Under the pieces are notes generated by a model that worked only from the letters and a program-made list of their open reading frames with translations, did not search any database and was not told where the DNA came from. From Gracilinanus agilis (Eukaryota): DNA of 64,000 bases. Of this stretch, positions 37,486 through 50,370 are shown in pieces. Within the stretch, counting starts at the first letter, position 1, and each line of letters opens with the position of its first letter. The stretch lies in contig NC_058132.1 of assembly GCF_016433145.1 (NCBI RefSeq), positions 134,852,425 through 134,916,424 of the forward strand, in the 5' to 3' direction. The translations under genes were made by a program, and so were the position numbers.

Positions 37486-37724
37486 CTGGAAATATAGAAG
37501 GTCTTTTCTTGGGACGCCTCAGGTGAACAGGGTCCAAATTCTTAATGTTTCTTTGAAGTTTTCCTCGAATGTCATTTCCTATGAGCAACTCTGGCGGCAG
37601 GCTACTCCGTCTTGAAGATTTATGATCATTCTGAGATGCATTTAGTTTGTTCTTCGTCCTAGAATATAAATTGCTGTCATCAACTGCCATCATCGTACAT
37701 GGGTAATCCCTCAGCAGCCAGAGT
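37486..37724 (-). CDS. Candidate 239-nt exon, open in one frame, inside a 144-codon ORF
   Basis: gctgcctttggcttttcag|ACTCTGG...TTTCCAG|gtaaga; encodes LWLLRDYPCTMMAVDDSNLYSRTKNKLNASQNDHKSSRRSSLPPELLIGNDIRGKLQRNIKNLDPVHLRRPKKRPSIFP; CpG-enriched; TE-free surroundings. Gene not recognised. Confidence 0.45.
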
Positions 37725-39727
37725 CTGAAAAGCCAAAGGCAGCCACAGCCATCCCAAGCTCTAAAGTTCTCATGCTTTACCAAACACTTGTTTGGTAAGT
37801 TTAGCAAGTTGATAGGCGTGGGCTAGACAGGTGTAGAATTACTAAGTAGCCCCTCCTTTCCAACAGTTAATAGCACAGGGGAGGAGATGCATGAAAATCA
37901 TTAGGCTGACAACAGTTTTCAGAAAACACGGAAATTTCAACAAGTGGAAAGCCCCAGCAGCTCATGATGGAAGGTGTCCTCATCTCTAACTTCTTAGATT
38001 CTCTGCTGCAATAAGACTTGGTATCTAAGAACAAGTGCCTCGGCTGTATGCCTGTCTAACTCTCTTTTAAAAATTATTACTATGATTTCCCCAGCAGTCT
38101 TATCCAAACAATGCTCCAAACTGTAGAAGTTCTACAATTTTTGTTGTTTCAGAATAGATGCACAAACTTCAGGATTGTGTGTATGTGCAGAACAAATTTC
38201 TGGACTTAATACATTTCTCAACTAACCGATAATAAACAAGAAGCCCGGCAAAACAAGATGGCAGAAGACCTGAACAGCATCATAATTATCTGTAAACAAT
38301 CTTATCGTCTGCCTCTGTCAAAGCTGGAGTGACACCAGCAAATATTGCTTTTTTTTCCTTCCCCTCCTTTCTAAATTTGCTTTATAAGGAAGGGAGCTGA
38401 TTTGAAAAACATCTGGCATTTGGGTCAGGAATCCAGGAAGCCAGTGTTAATTCCAGAAGTGTTGACAGCTTCTCTGTTCTAAGTAGTGGATGACTAAAAT
38501 TTTACTGTCCTTAGAGGGCAAAGTTCCCCCCTCATTTCTAACTTTTGGAGTCAATGGGTCAATTGCCTTTGGAAAAGGGGGCATTTACCCTGTGCAGTTT
38601 CATGTTTGTGCTCCCCCTTTTTCATATTTTATCTGGCTCACTATTCCCACTCTTCCTCTGCCTATCCACACAGAACTCTTCTGTACAATTCTGCCTGACT
38701 AATTGTACATAATCCCAAGCCTTGTCCTTCTTTCCTAACTAGACCAGTCAGCACACACCTCATGTCTATTAGCATTCTGTGTCATACTTTAGACCTATCT
38801 CTTCCTATCACCTGGCATGGGTAACTAGAGGCAGAAGGCAGCAGGCTATACAAAATATAGCCTTATGACTAAAAACAGAAGGAAGTAGTTGCTCTCCCCC
38901 ATGGGAAAAAATTGCTTTTAATTCCCAAACTTCTCTTTCTCTGGGTGTACTTTCAATGACCCTGGCATAGCACAGAATAGATTTGTGCTTACACCCATTT
39001 AAAGTGGGTGCCAATCTGCTGAAAATGTGTATAGTCAGAATGACTGGCTTTTAAAATAGAAATTCAAGGGACCATTCAAAATCACTGAGTTGCTGAACAA
39101 CTGCTGGGTTACTTAGGTTTCTTGGATGCTAAGTAGGTTTTGCTCTTTGTTAAAATTCACAAGTTGTGCCTTCTTACCTAATCAAGGAACTTGAAATTTC
39201 TTTCCTTATTTGTCCCACAGCAACGAGGATTTTAAACCACATAGAGTTTTCTGAAGCATAAGAGTTTTGTTTACTACATGGATTTTCTTTATTATCAGAA
39301 CCCTATAGACTCCAATTTATACAGTTAGCCAATTTCCTCATTCATTCCCTATGCTAATGCTATTAAACTGGGGGCTACCAATATTCTTTCCCCCTTGGAA
39401 ACAGGAAGAGGGTTCTACCAAACAGACACATATTTCCAAACCATGAGAAGTCTGGAAGAAGCTATATTTTAAAGCACACAAGTTCATAGATCTAGATCTA
39501 GAAGAGACTTAGAGCTCATCAAGCCCAGCCCTGTAATTTTACAGATGAGGAAACTAAGGCTTAAAGAGGTGATATGATTTGCTGTAGGGCAAAGGTTACT
39601 ACTACCCCTGATTTGGATGACAACACAGATTCATGAGGTGTGACTATAATGAAGTCAACTGCAATACTTCCTCTTATTGAACAGAAACTGATTTTTAATT
39701 ACTATATTGTCTAAATAAAATATCTGA

Positions 39728-39950
39728 TTATGCACAATATGTGCACACACAATCCACGCAGTGCACATATATGACACTTGTATGCATGCACACACGTGCC
39801 CGTATACAACACATATAATATACATGTGAGTCTATATCCACACATGTACATTACATGCATCTCTATGTAAGAATGTTGTGTGCACACATGCAATGCATAT
39901 ATACATACATGTGTATATATGTGTGTATGTAGATACACACATACATATAC
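39728..39950. repeat. Complex alternating purine-pyrimidine (CA/TA/TG) low-complexity tract
   Basis: Direct reading. Confidence 0.85.
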
Positions 39951-40974
39951 TTTTATTTCATTGGTGTGGAGAAATTATCTCCTTCAATGCTGATCTATAC
40001 CTGTAACAGCCCTAAAATGCAGACTTTTCTAACTACAAGATCAGTTCTTTATATATACCATGTCATGCTCTCTCTCCATATTCTAATTATCTAATAGATT
40101 AAAAATAAGTAGTTTTAAGACAAAGCTTTGAGGATTATCTTTAAACATAAAATAAAGTAAAATATACTACTGCCCATCATTCTCCCCCAAAATGGCACAC
40201 TAAAATGTATTCTGAGAGAGTAAGATGATAATCGACACCAGATCATGTTAAACTATGCTTTTGTGACTTTCTCTTGAGACATTTACAAAATGATTCACTT
40301 AAAAGAGTGGAGTTGTCGTCAGCATTTTAGTTTTAAATTGAAGGCATTTCAAGTAGGCCACCATATTTAATGGAAGCACTCAACAATAATCAGCTGATCT
40401 GAGTTTTGGTTAAATTTTTGCAACTGAAATTATATGAACTTTGATTTGTGCTTCAGTTTCTTTACCTATGAAATAGAGAAAATAATACCTATCACTTTCC
40501 AACTCATAATAAATATTACGAGGCTACATGTGATAATGTGAAAGGCATAATCATCAAACAGTTCACACACACACACACACAAAAATACAGTATATAGTTA
40601 GAGTTTCTTTTTTTAAAATTTATAATGAGCATTCTAAAGAACCAAGAAGCAGAATTATCCGTATGGAGTATATATTGTTACATATGTAAAATATCTAAAT
40701 AGGATTACTGTATTTTCCATTTTTAAACCTATTCAACATGTAACATTTACAAGCATTAGAGATCAAGCTCAGTTCAATATATGGACTTCTCTCTAGTCAA
40801 AAACTCCTTTGTCCTTTTTTCTCTCTACCCTCCTCTCAAGAGTCCATTTACAAGTGTCTTGAGCCATTAGAATGTAAGCTCCTTGATGATGAGGACTTTC
40901 TTGTTCACTCATCTTCATAATCAGCACTATCTTTTATCTGTTGGTATATTAAATATAACTATGAGTTTTAAAAA

Positions 40975-41790
40975 TACATTTTAATTGAGATATTTTATTT
41001 TATATCACTTATATATCTCAATGCATCCTTTGTAACAAAAAGAGAAACAAAAAATGATTGAAGAAAACTGATCAATGCATTGAAAAACTCTAATATTATC
41101 AGCAGGATTCCGCATCCATAGTTCCTAACCTCTTTAAAAAGCTGGGGAGGTGTTTCCCCACATTTCCACTTTTGTGAAATCATAGTCATTATTATTTTGC
41201 AGCATTCAATTCTGGTTATTTTGTTGTTCTCTCTATTTACACTTAGGTACATTGTTTTTCAGGTTTTGCTTACTTCATCAGTTGATCTGTGTTCCTGTGC
41301 TTATCTATAGTCATCAAATTTGCTGTTTCCTATTGCACAGTAATATTCCAGTATCTTCTTGTACCACAACTTGTTTGGCCATTTGCCAATAGATGGACAT
41401 CTGCCTTGTTTCCATTTCTTTGCTGCTATTAAAAAGTGCTTTTATAAATATTTTGGTATATATAGGGTCTTTATTTTTCATATTGATCTACTTGGGATAT
41501 AGCCTAAAGAAGTGTTAGTCACTTTTTGGGCATAATTCCAAATTGTTTTTCAAAACAAGTATACTACTTTATAACTCCACAATAATTCATGTCTTCCACA
41601 ACCCTTCTAGCATTGGTTATTCCTGTTATTTGTTACTGCTAATTTGCTATATATGAGGTGGTGTCAGAGTTATTTTGATTTTCATTTGTCTTATTAATAA
41701 TAATTTGGAGTATTCTTTCACATGATTAATAGCTTTTAATTCTTCTTTAAGAACTCTGTTCTTACTCTTCAACTTACCCTTACCTGTTGA
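40975..41790 (-). mobile_element. Old L1 3' region
   Basis: GCACAGTAATATTCCAGTATCTTCTTGTACCACAACTTGTTTGGCCATTTGCCAATAGATGGACATC and related motifs. Confidence 0.8.
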
Positions 41791-42594
41791 GGAGTGGCTT
41801 TTGACCAGCAGATGTTTAAGAGCAAATGGAATGAAAGGGATAAAGAGAGAAAGAATAAAATTCAGATTTTTTTATTTTAAAATTTGTTAATGATTTGATA
41901 TTACAATGTTAAAAATATTTTAAATATATATTCACTTATCTTTGAATTGTTTTAAATTAAGTTACAACTTAAAAAACAACCCTTGGACATACAAAATAAA
42001 AAAAATCTAATAATCACATAAATTATAATTTTATAATCTGAACTAAGAAGAAACTTATAGTCTTGCTACTCTTAAATATTCTGTTTAGGACTCCTCTATA
42101 GAGATAAGACTTGCTTTCATTTAAATCTTTTTCTTTGAGGAAAAATGATAGAATTGTCTGGATTAGATATATACTCTAAAAGGGATATTGTCCATCAGGA
42201 ACAAGTTCCTTAAATGTTTGTTATTAAATATATAAACAGGGAAAAAGTAGGGGATATTCCCCTAAAATATATAAACACACATATATACACACATATATGT
42301 GAGTATACATGTGTATATTTGATAATTTTGATGACAAAGCATGGATACATTTAATAAATTTAATTCAATTTAAGTGAGATTCTTCATGCCTCATAAAGTT
42401 AAACTAATCCTTTCTTCTTGAATCATCTACTTTTCTCTGGCTGCCAAAAATTGGAATTTCATTTTTATGAGAGTCAAAAGAAAAAATGTGGCTAAGCCTA
42501 CAGGTTGAGACGCTCATAAATCCTGGTTTTCTAATAACTGAAACAAACCTCATTAAATTCTATTAACATAATAGGAGCAATCACACTACTGGGC

Positions 42595-43001
42595 ATGAGG
42601 TCAAAGACCAAAAGAGAGGTCCAATTAATACCAAAATCTTCATATCAACACACTATATGGAAACAAAGTGGGTATCCATTGATTAAAAACTGAAAAAAAT
42701 CCCTTCTGCTTCATGAATGCAAAGGAATATTATCATGGAGAAAGTAATGACAAATGTGAGAAATTGAGGGAGACATGGGCAGAGTTGTATGAACTGATGC
42801 AGAGTGAAAGAACAAAATGAAAAGGAAAAAGACCCAATGGACTCAATATGCAAATGAGATAATTAAAGAGAACCCAGCTTCAGAAAAACTGATAGCCTGA
42901 ACAACAGTTAGTGAAGCACAGCTTCTTCCTCTTGGAAGGGTAAGGGACTACTAAGGTAGAATTTAGAAATATATATATATGTATGTATGTATGTATGTAT
43001 T

Positions 43002-43061
<60 letters not shown>

Positions 43062-43135
43062 GCAGATGAAGTCCCTGTATTGAGGATGTTTGCTGAACTG
43101 TTTTTCTTTCTTTATAAGGGTTTGTTCAACTTGGG
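42595..43135 (+). mobile_element. Old L1 3' fragment with (CA)n at 43005-43058
   Basis: GCAGAGTTGTATGAACTGATGCAGAGTGAA (LYELMQSE motif). Confidence 0.7.
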
Positions 43136-44189
43136 GAAAGCAGAAAAGTGAGCAAGACATTGTCAGAAATTATTTTGATGTAAAAACCACAGACATCATT
43201 AAAACACACACACATATTTATTCTACTTAAAATTAGGAAATTCAGTTTGACTCTCCCAGGTTGCATAAACTGTACAACATAGATATTTTTATGTGAAAGC
43301 TGAGAATGCAAATTAGTTATTTTATAAAGAGACATGAGATTAAATAAACCTCTGTTTCTAAATATTTGCAGGCATACTTCACATACCTTTGCCCTGCCTG
43401 ATGCTATTTAATCAAAAGGTCATTGATATGTTCTGACCAAATCACATTTTAATGTTGGGAAAAATCATTGTCATTTTTCAGGCTTCCTGGAATAGAAATT
43501 GGAATTTAACTATGGTACTTGACTTCCTCCTGTAATTCTGCTTGACCAAAGGTTGTGGGTTTTTTTTTTTTGTTGTTGTTGTTGTTTACTTTTTTGAGAA
43601 ACACTTAGTGATGGGAGGGAGGGTGTGTCCATAAATCCTCATCATTTAGCTGTTTGGCACTAGAGTCAAATCAGGTAGGTCAAAAGGCATTTAAGTGCCT
43701 ACTATGCACCAGGTGCTTCACCTTCAGTTTCTTATCTCTCAAAGAGTATATATTGTGTTTCAAAGAAAGATGATATAAAAATATGAATGTCTTGGTGTCC
43801 TTTTTGGAGTCTTTCAACCCTTGCAAATGGCAATTTGGGTATAAATTATATGCCTCTCAATGTTTTCACTGCTTCCTAGAAAAACAGAATAAAATGTACA
43901 TTATCATCCAATCTTGATTTCTCTGCAAATTTAGGTAGTTCTTAAGCAATATTTAAAAAAATATTTTGCTTCTTGCTGGGAAGCTGAAATCTGAGAGACT
44001 TTTTACAACTGTGAACAGTAGTACATTCCTAGAAATGATCAACCAAGAATGTATTAGGGCTGTCAGGGTTAGTCATGCTGGCTCTAAGATCTCTCTCTGA
44101 ACTGTATCAAATGTTCATTTAATGAGCCCCTTTTTCTGAACTTCTCAGTGTTTAATTTAGAATTTCCCCTGGATTTCCCCTTCCTCTGC

Positions 44190-45480
44190 CACCCAAAAAA
44201 CCGTAAATAGCAGTTTCCCAGCCTCTTCCACTTTGGACAACTTTGTTAGCTTTTTCTACTCAGCTGAAATAATGCCTCCTTGTAACTTCCTCCCACTGGC
44301 TTTAGTTGTGACCTCTGAAACAACACAGGGAGTCTAGATCCTCTTCTGCAGGACAGTCTTTTGAATATTTGTAGATAGTGAGGTTCAAATGCATCTTCTT
44401 TCTTTAGGCAAAACATTCCTAGTTTTTTCATCATCATCTGATATATTTTTCTTGCCCTACTGGTTTTACTCCTCTGGTTCCAATTTAGCCTGACAATGTC
44501 CCTATTAAAACCTTGTTCTCAGAAATGGCAAGACAGTGGAAAGAATGTTGAATTTGCAATCACAGACTCAGGGTTCAAATCCTGTTTCTCTCATCTAAAA
44601 CTTTATGTGACCTTAGGCAAATCATTAACTTGGCTCATGGTTAATCTTGAGTCCTCATCTGAAATTACTTTTCCTCATCTGAAAAAAAAAAGTGAAGGAG
44701 GGAGAAAGAAAATGCAGATTGGACTTGATGACTTCTAAGATTCTTTCTAACTCTAAACCTATGACTCCAAGATATTCCATATGTAGGACAATCTCTCTTG
44801 ATTTGAATATCATACATCTTTTGATGCCACCCAAGAATGTATTAGTTTTCTAAGCAACCATATCCTATGATTGAGCTTATGGTCAATTGAACTCTCTTGG
44901 GTCCTTAAAATAATTTTTAAAAGGTGAAATTATGAATTTAATAATCAGTAAATAGAAATATTTCAATATGCAAGGAACAAGAAAGAAAATCATTAAAAAA
45001 AACCTACAATCCTGTTAGTTAAATTTAACAGGGTAGTAACAAAACTATCCTGAGTCCCCTTTTGAGCATTTTTTGCTTTCTTTTAATTCCCAAATTTTTA
45101 TATGAATTACTAATGTGTTATGTCTCCTTCATCTTTTACTTATGCAATCAACTTTTTACTAAGCCCAAATATAGAATTTTGCATTTATCCCAGTTAAATT
45201 CCATTATGTTGGAATTATTTTGGTCTGACCACACAAAATAGTCTGTTCTCTCCAAACCTATTTGTAATTTTAAAAGCTAGAAATAATGATGCGCTTTGGA
45301 AAACAAATTGCATTCAGTAGATTCATTTATTCCATGTGACATATTTCATAAAAATATGCTTGATAATTTATGTAGAACCAAGATTGCCTTCATATTCCTT
45401 CATATAGATTTTGACTAAATGAAAACCCTGCCTGCCAAGAAACAATTGTGTCTTGGTTTTCTGGTCTATATAAGATTAGC
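44190..45480 (-). mobile_element. L3/CR1 RT and 3' region, interrupted by MIR (44500-44770)
   Basis: Reverse complement ATGGAATTTAACTGGGATAAATGCAAAATTCTATATTTGGG matches the CR1 MxFNxDKCKxLHLG motif. Confidence 0.75.
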
Positions 45481-46397
45481 TCTTACTTCCTTCACTAAGA
45501 ATTTGCACGGATTAAACTAATTAATGACAGAATTCCTTAAATGAAAGGTGCCGGGAAAAATACAAAGTGAGAACCACAACCATAACAGCATGCTTAGTAT
45601 CTATAAGGTTCCACAAAAATCGAAGTATTATGCTGACAGGCGAATTTATACCTTTATCACTCATTTGTGTTCATACGATCCTGGACATTAGGAGCCACAT
45701 GTGCCATTTGATTCTATTACCTACTCCTTGGATGACCCAGAACAAATCCCTTCATCATTCATGATAGAGTTTTTCCATCTATAAAATGAGAAGGACAATA
45801 GGGTATCTGTTCCCATAACATCTGACTAGGTATCTGGAAAGATTGCATGTCCAAAGTGGTTTGGTTCAATGTTAACTGAGATACTATTTAAATTCATCAC
45901 TATTACTATTATCTTGAATCTGATTAAGTTAGGTGTAAAATTTTTAAATGAGGAATGCACGATCCCATATTCTGTAATCTTTTTTGCTTGGATTAAATAA
46001 GGACTATGGCTTGAGAGAGCCTGGCAGGCAGGAGGAGTCTCATGAGTTATTTACACCTGGATGATGTCACTTCCATTCTACAGTCTAGTCTTGAGGACTC
46101 AGAAATTTGTTCTTATCAATTCATATAGTGACAAATAGGCTCTTAGAAACTGATACATCCTAATCAATTTTATAAGATTCTGATTAAGCAATTTCTTAAT
46201 TGATAGTGTAAGATGCATCTAGTACAAGAATCAGAATAAGTTGTCTGAAAAAAGCATTTCCTTTAGGTCACTGGGGGGAAAAGTAGACTACGAAATCAAA
46301 AGGTCACTTAATAAGTATAGAGTTAGAGCAAAGAAAATTGGATATTCTAAAAGAGAACAGTTTCCCATTTTGGGTGTATTATTTCTGCCTAAAGAGC

Positions 46398-46625
46398 AGG
46401 TAGGTGGGTTAATGGATAGAGTGCCAGGCCTAAAGTCAGGAAGATTCATCTTCCTAAGTTCAAATCTGGTCTCAGACACCAATTGTCAGCAAGTCACTTA
46501 ATCCTGTTTGCCTTAGTTTCCTTATATGTAAAATTAGCTGGAGAGGGAAATGGCAAATCACCCCAGTATCTCTGACAAGAAAACCCCAAAAAGAGTCATG
46601 AAGAGTTGGACATGAATGAAAAAAT
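46398..46625 (+). mobile_element. MAR1-type SINE
   Basis: GTCAGGAAGATTCATCTTCCTAAGTTCAAATCTGG...GTCATGAAGAGTTGGAC. Confidence 0.9.
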
Positions 46626-47039
46626 AAACAAGACAGACCTCATATTGTTCATTAAAAATCAGAGCACTGTCTCCCCTGGGAGGTAAGCATTGATAAATTC
46701 TTATTATGCAACTCTCTTTTCCTGAAGACTTAGCAATTAACAAAGAAACTTTTGTCATTACACTATTTCCTCATGAGATAAAGTTTCTGAGCTAGAAAGG
46801 ACTTCAGAGGGATCTGATCCAAACTATACTTGAACAAGAATCATCTCTAAACCATATTCAAGATGGGTGTGGGGGGAATCTCTACTTGAAGACTCCCAGT
46901 GAGGATATCCTTTTTTGAGGGCAGGGACTGCTTTGTTTTTGTCTTTGTATCTTCAACAGCTTCCAATGGGTTCTCTGGATCAAAGGGCATGTATATTTTA
47001 GTCACCTTTTTTTAAAAAACAAAATCATAAACTGCTTTC

Positions 47040-47690
47040 TAGAGGTTGAGCCATTTTATATCTCTAAATGTATTGGTGACATGGACCTTGATGAAGCTAC
47101 ACTACCTTTTAGTGATCACTGATTTACTTGTTCTAAATGCTCATAGAAATTCCTTTAATAATAAATTCTATAATTTTTGCCAGGAATAAAAGTCAAGTTC
47201 GATGTTCTCTGGTTTCTACCCTTTCCTGAAAACCAGGGTGACATTTGCCCTTCTGTGGTCTATCATTTTTATGATCTTTCAAAGATTATTAACAATATCT
47301 CTTCAATTATATCTACTCTTTCTTTCAATAACCTGTGTTTGCAATTAGATCATCTTCATGTTATGACTGGAACTCATTGATCCCTTCATTCATTTTTTAT
47401 TTTCAACTCCTTGTTAACCATTTTTTGCCTAATCTTTCCAGGTCTAAAAATATTTTCCTTAGAAAAGAAAACTGAGTTGGCATTTTTCTTCCCTCTCATG
47501 GTCATTATCCTGTTCACACTGAGCAAAGATTCTATTCATTCCTTGATTTATTTGTTGTTCCAAATATTCCTTTAAAAATTTCAACAATGCTTTTGTAATT
47601 CTTAGCATCATCCTCAGCATCAGCTCATTCTGAGCTTTAAGATTCCTGACTTTTTCCTTACAAGATCATTTTTGTAGTTCATCTGTTAGT
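47040..47690 (-). mobile_element. L3/CR1 fragment
   Basis: TTTCCTGAAAACCAGGGTGACATTTGCCCTTC...GATCTTTCAAAGATT antisense CR1 pattern. Confidence 0.55.
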
Positions 47691-49113
47691 CATGGACGAC
47701 TCATTGTTTAGAGCCTTTTTTGCCCCCGAACCTTTCTGATATAGGTAAAGGCTGTACCTACACTTTTTTCACCAAATTTGTCTGAGAGAACAATATCTAA
47801 GACCTACATTATTACTGGGTGTCCATGTAGAGGGGTATGTGTGGGGGGGATAGGGAGGGCAGAGTTAGGACATTTACCTAAGCTAATTCCCTAGTATCTA
47901 TTCCTCCTTTGTGACATCGCTTAAGTAAGGAAAGAGTAGGATTTCAAAGCTGGCACCTCTCAGTGTCTAGATTTGGAGGTGGGGGAAAAGAACACATGGA
48001 TTGGACATAAAGTCAGAGTGCTGAGTATTTCCTCTGATGCTTACTAACTGTAACCTTGACCAAATTGCTTAATGTTTCTGGATCTCAATTTTTTCATCTT
48101 TAAAAGTAAGGGAGTTTGATGACCTTTAAGGTCTATTTCAGCTCAAAATTATATGGTATATTAGATATAACTCTAATTTTAATCCAGAGCATCTAGAACC
48201 CATAGCCTCAAGTAGAAGCATTAGTAATTCTACCATGCTCTCAGCTCAGAAAATGCCTTAGTTTTCTATAATCACTGAAAAACTATATACTAGTCCTCTC
48301 TGCTTTATTTAGGACCAGACCTCATAAGGCCCTTCCAGGAGCCAAATACTTATTTTATGTACTCTAGGTGTAGGCTATTTTGAAATTGTGGGTCATTTAT
48401 TTTTGGTTAAGTCAAAGAAACTGATTTACCTCTTAGGTGAAAGAAAGTAGTTCACTTCCCTCCTTCCGTGGTGGTTGGAGGGAGAAAAGAGAAATAACAA
48501 TCTCTACCTAAAGGACCTTGGAGAGTGGTGAGAGTCCTGGTCTTATGGTGAGCAAATTCCCACCTACTCCCCTAATTCTTGCGATTTAGAGATACAATTT
48601 GCTATGGTAAAAATATCTCCCTGTTATTTATTCCTCATCTTTAGACTGTCAGCTCAATTCTGTCTCCTTCCTGTACCTAATCGTCTACGGTTTTTCTTTC
48701 CATAGGTCTTAAAAGTTGATTTGATAGTGCCTTTCACAAAGCCTACCTTAAGGAAACAAAATCTGATTTACGGTTTTAGCTTCCCTGACCATCCACTTCT
48801 AAAGTCCTTTTTGAGAAGCACTGAGGCATAAGAGTTGAGAATTGGACCCAGAATCAGAAAGACAGAAGTATGATACTTATTAATAGTCTGACTCTGAACA
48901 AGTCCTCTCTAAGCTTCAGTTTATTCATCTGTAAAATAAAATCATAACCAAAAGACTACCCCTCAAGATCATTGTGAAGGTCAAATAAAATTGTATGTAT
49001 ATAAAATATATATGAACATATACATATATAATTATCAAACTTTAAAGTGCTGTATGTCATTGCTATTAATGTAGTCCTAGCTGTCTTGGTGTCCTTTTTG
49101 GAATCTTTCAACC

Positions 49114-49600
49114 TAGAGGTAATAAGGGGCCACTGAAGATACTGGAATAGGGGAGTAATTTGGCCATACCAGGGCCTTAGGAAGATGATTGTGACAGTTT
49201 TGTGGAGAATGGACGGTAGACAGGGGAGAGGAAGATGGGAAAAGCAGGGTAGCAAATTAGAAGGTTGTTGCCATAGTTTAAATGTAAACTGGTGAAGAAT
49301 TGAACTATAATGATGACTACCATTAGTTGGGGAGTGAAAAAGACAGATTCTAGGTGTGTTGTGAATACAGAACTGATAAGATTTAGCAACAAGTTGGCTA
49401 TGTAAGAAGATGGAAGAATGAAGGACAAATAGGAGGCTGTGAAGCTGGGTACTCAGAAGGAAGATGGGCCCCCTAAATAGAAACAGTGAAATTTGGAAGA
49501 TGAGTAGATTTAGGTAGGGGGATAATCACTTCAATTTTATAAATGTTGAGTTGGAGATATCTGTCAGATTAAAAGATGGAGAATTCCAGCAAGCAGGTAC
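49114..49600 (-). mobile_element. L2 fragment
   Basis: TAGAGGTAATAAGGGGCCACTG...GATTTAGCAACAAGTTGGCTATG. Confidence 0.75.
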
Positions 49601-50208
49601 TACACATCTCTTGGTGGGAAAAGGTGTCACCATAAAAAGCCTCACCAAAGTACACATTATTACCAGTATGGTTCACAACAGGCCATTGACTGTAAATGTA
49701 CACCCATAAAACCATTGAACTTTACAGCTAGAAGGAAATTTAGACATAATGTAATCTAGCCCAACCCCCTCATTTTATAGATGAAATGGCTTATGCCCAG
49801 AGAAGTTAAGGCCAAATAGGTAATGAATGTCAGTGGCAGGATCTGAGTCTAAGTTTCTCACTCCAAATCCAATGCTTTTTCTACTACAGCACAATTTTCT
49901 GCCCCCCTTTTTTTTAAATAGGAGAGACCTTAAGGGACATCTTTGAGGTTATATGCCTACTTACAGGTAAAGTTCAGGAAAGAAATGTATCTTGATTCCC
50001 ACTCCTATATTCTTTTTTGTTGTATCATATGTAGATGAATTCCAAAGTGCACTAATCAGAAATAATCAAGGGTCTCAAATCTTAACAGTATCTATTTCTC
50101 TTTTTTCTTTTTTCCTAATTGAATAAGTGAATAACTTAAAATACTTTTAATAATTTTTTATAATTTCTAAATAATTTCTAAACTATTTTCCTGTAAATTT
50201 TTATTTGG

Positions 50209-50370
50209 AGGGCAGCTAAATAGTTCAGTCAATAGACAGTGAGGCCTCAAGATGAGAATTCCTGGGTTCAAATTTGGCCTCAGACACTTCCTAGATGTGT
50301 GACCCTGGGCAAGTCACTTAACCCCAATTGCTCAGTTCTTACTAAGACAGAGGGTAAGTTTTTTTTAAAG
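50209..50370 (+). mobile_element. Opossum SINE1-type element with internal tail deletion
   Basis: GGGCAGCTAAATAGTTCAGT...CCCAATTGC...AAGACAGAGGGTAAG. Confidence 0.85.
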
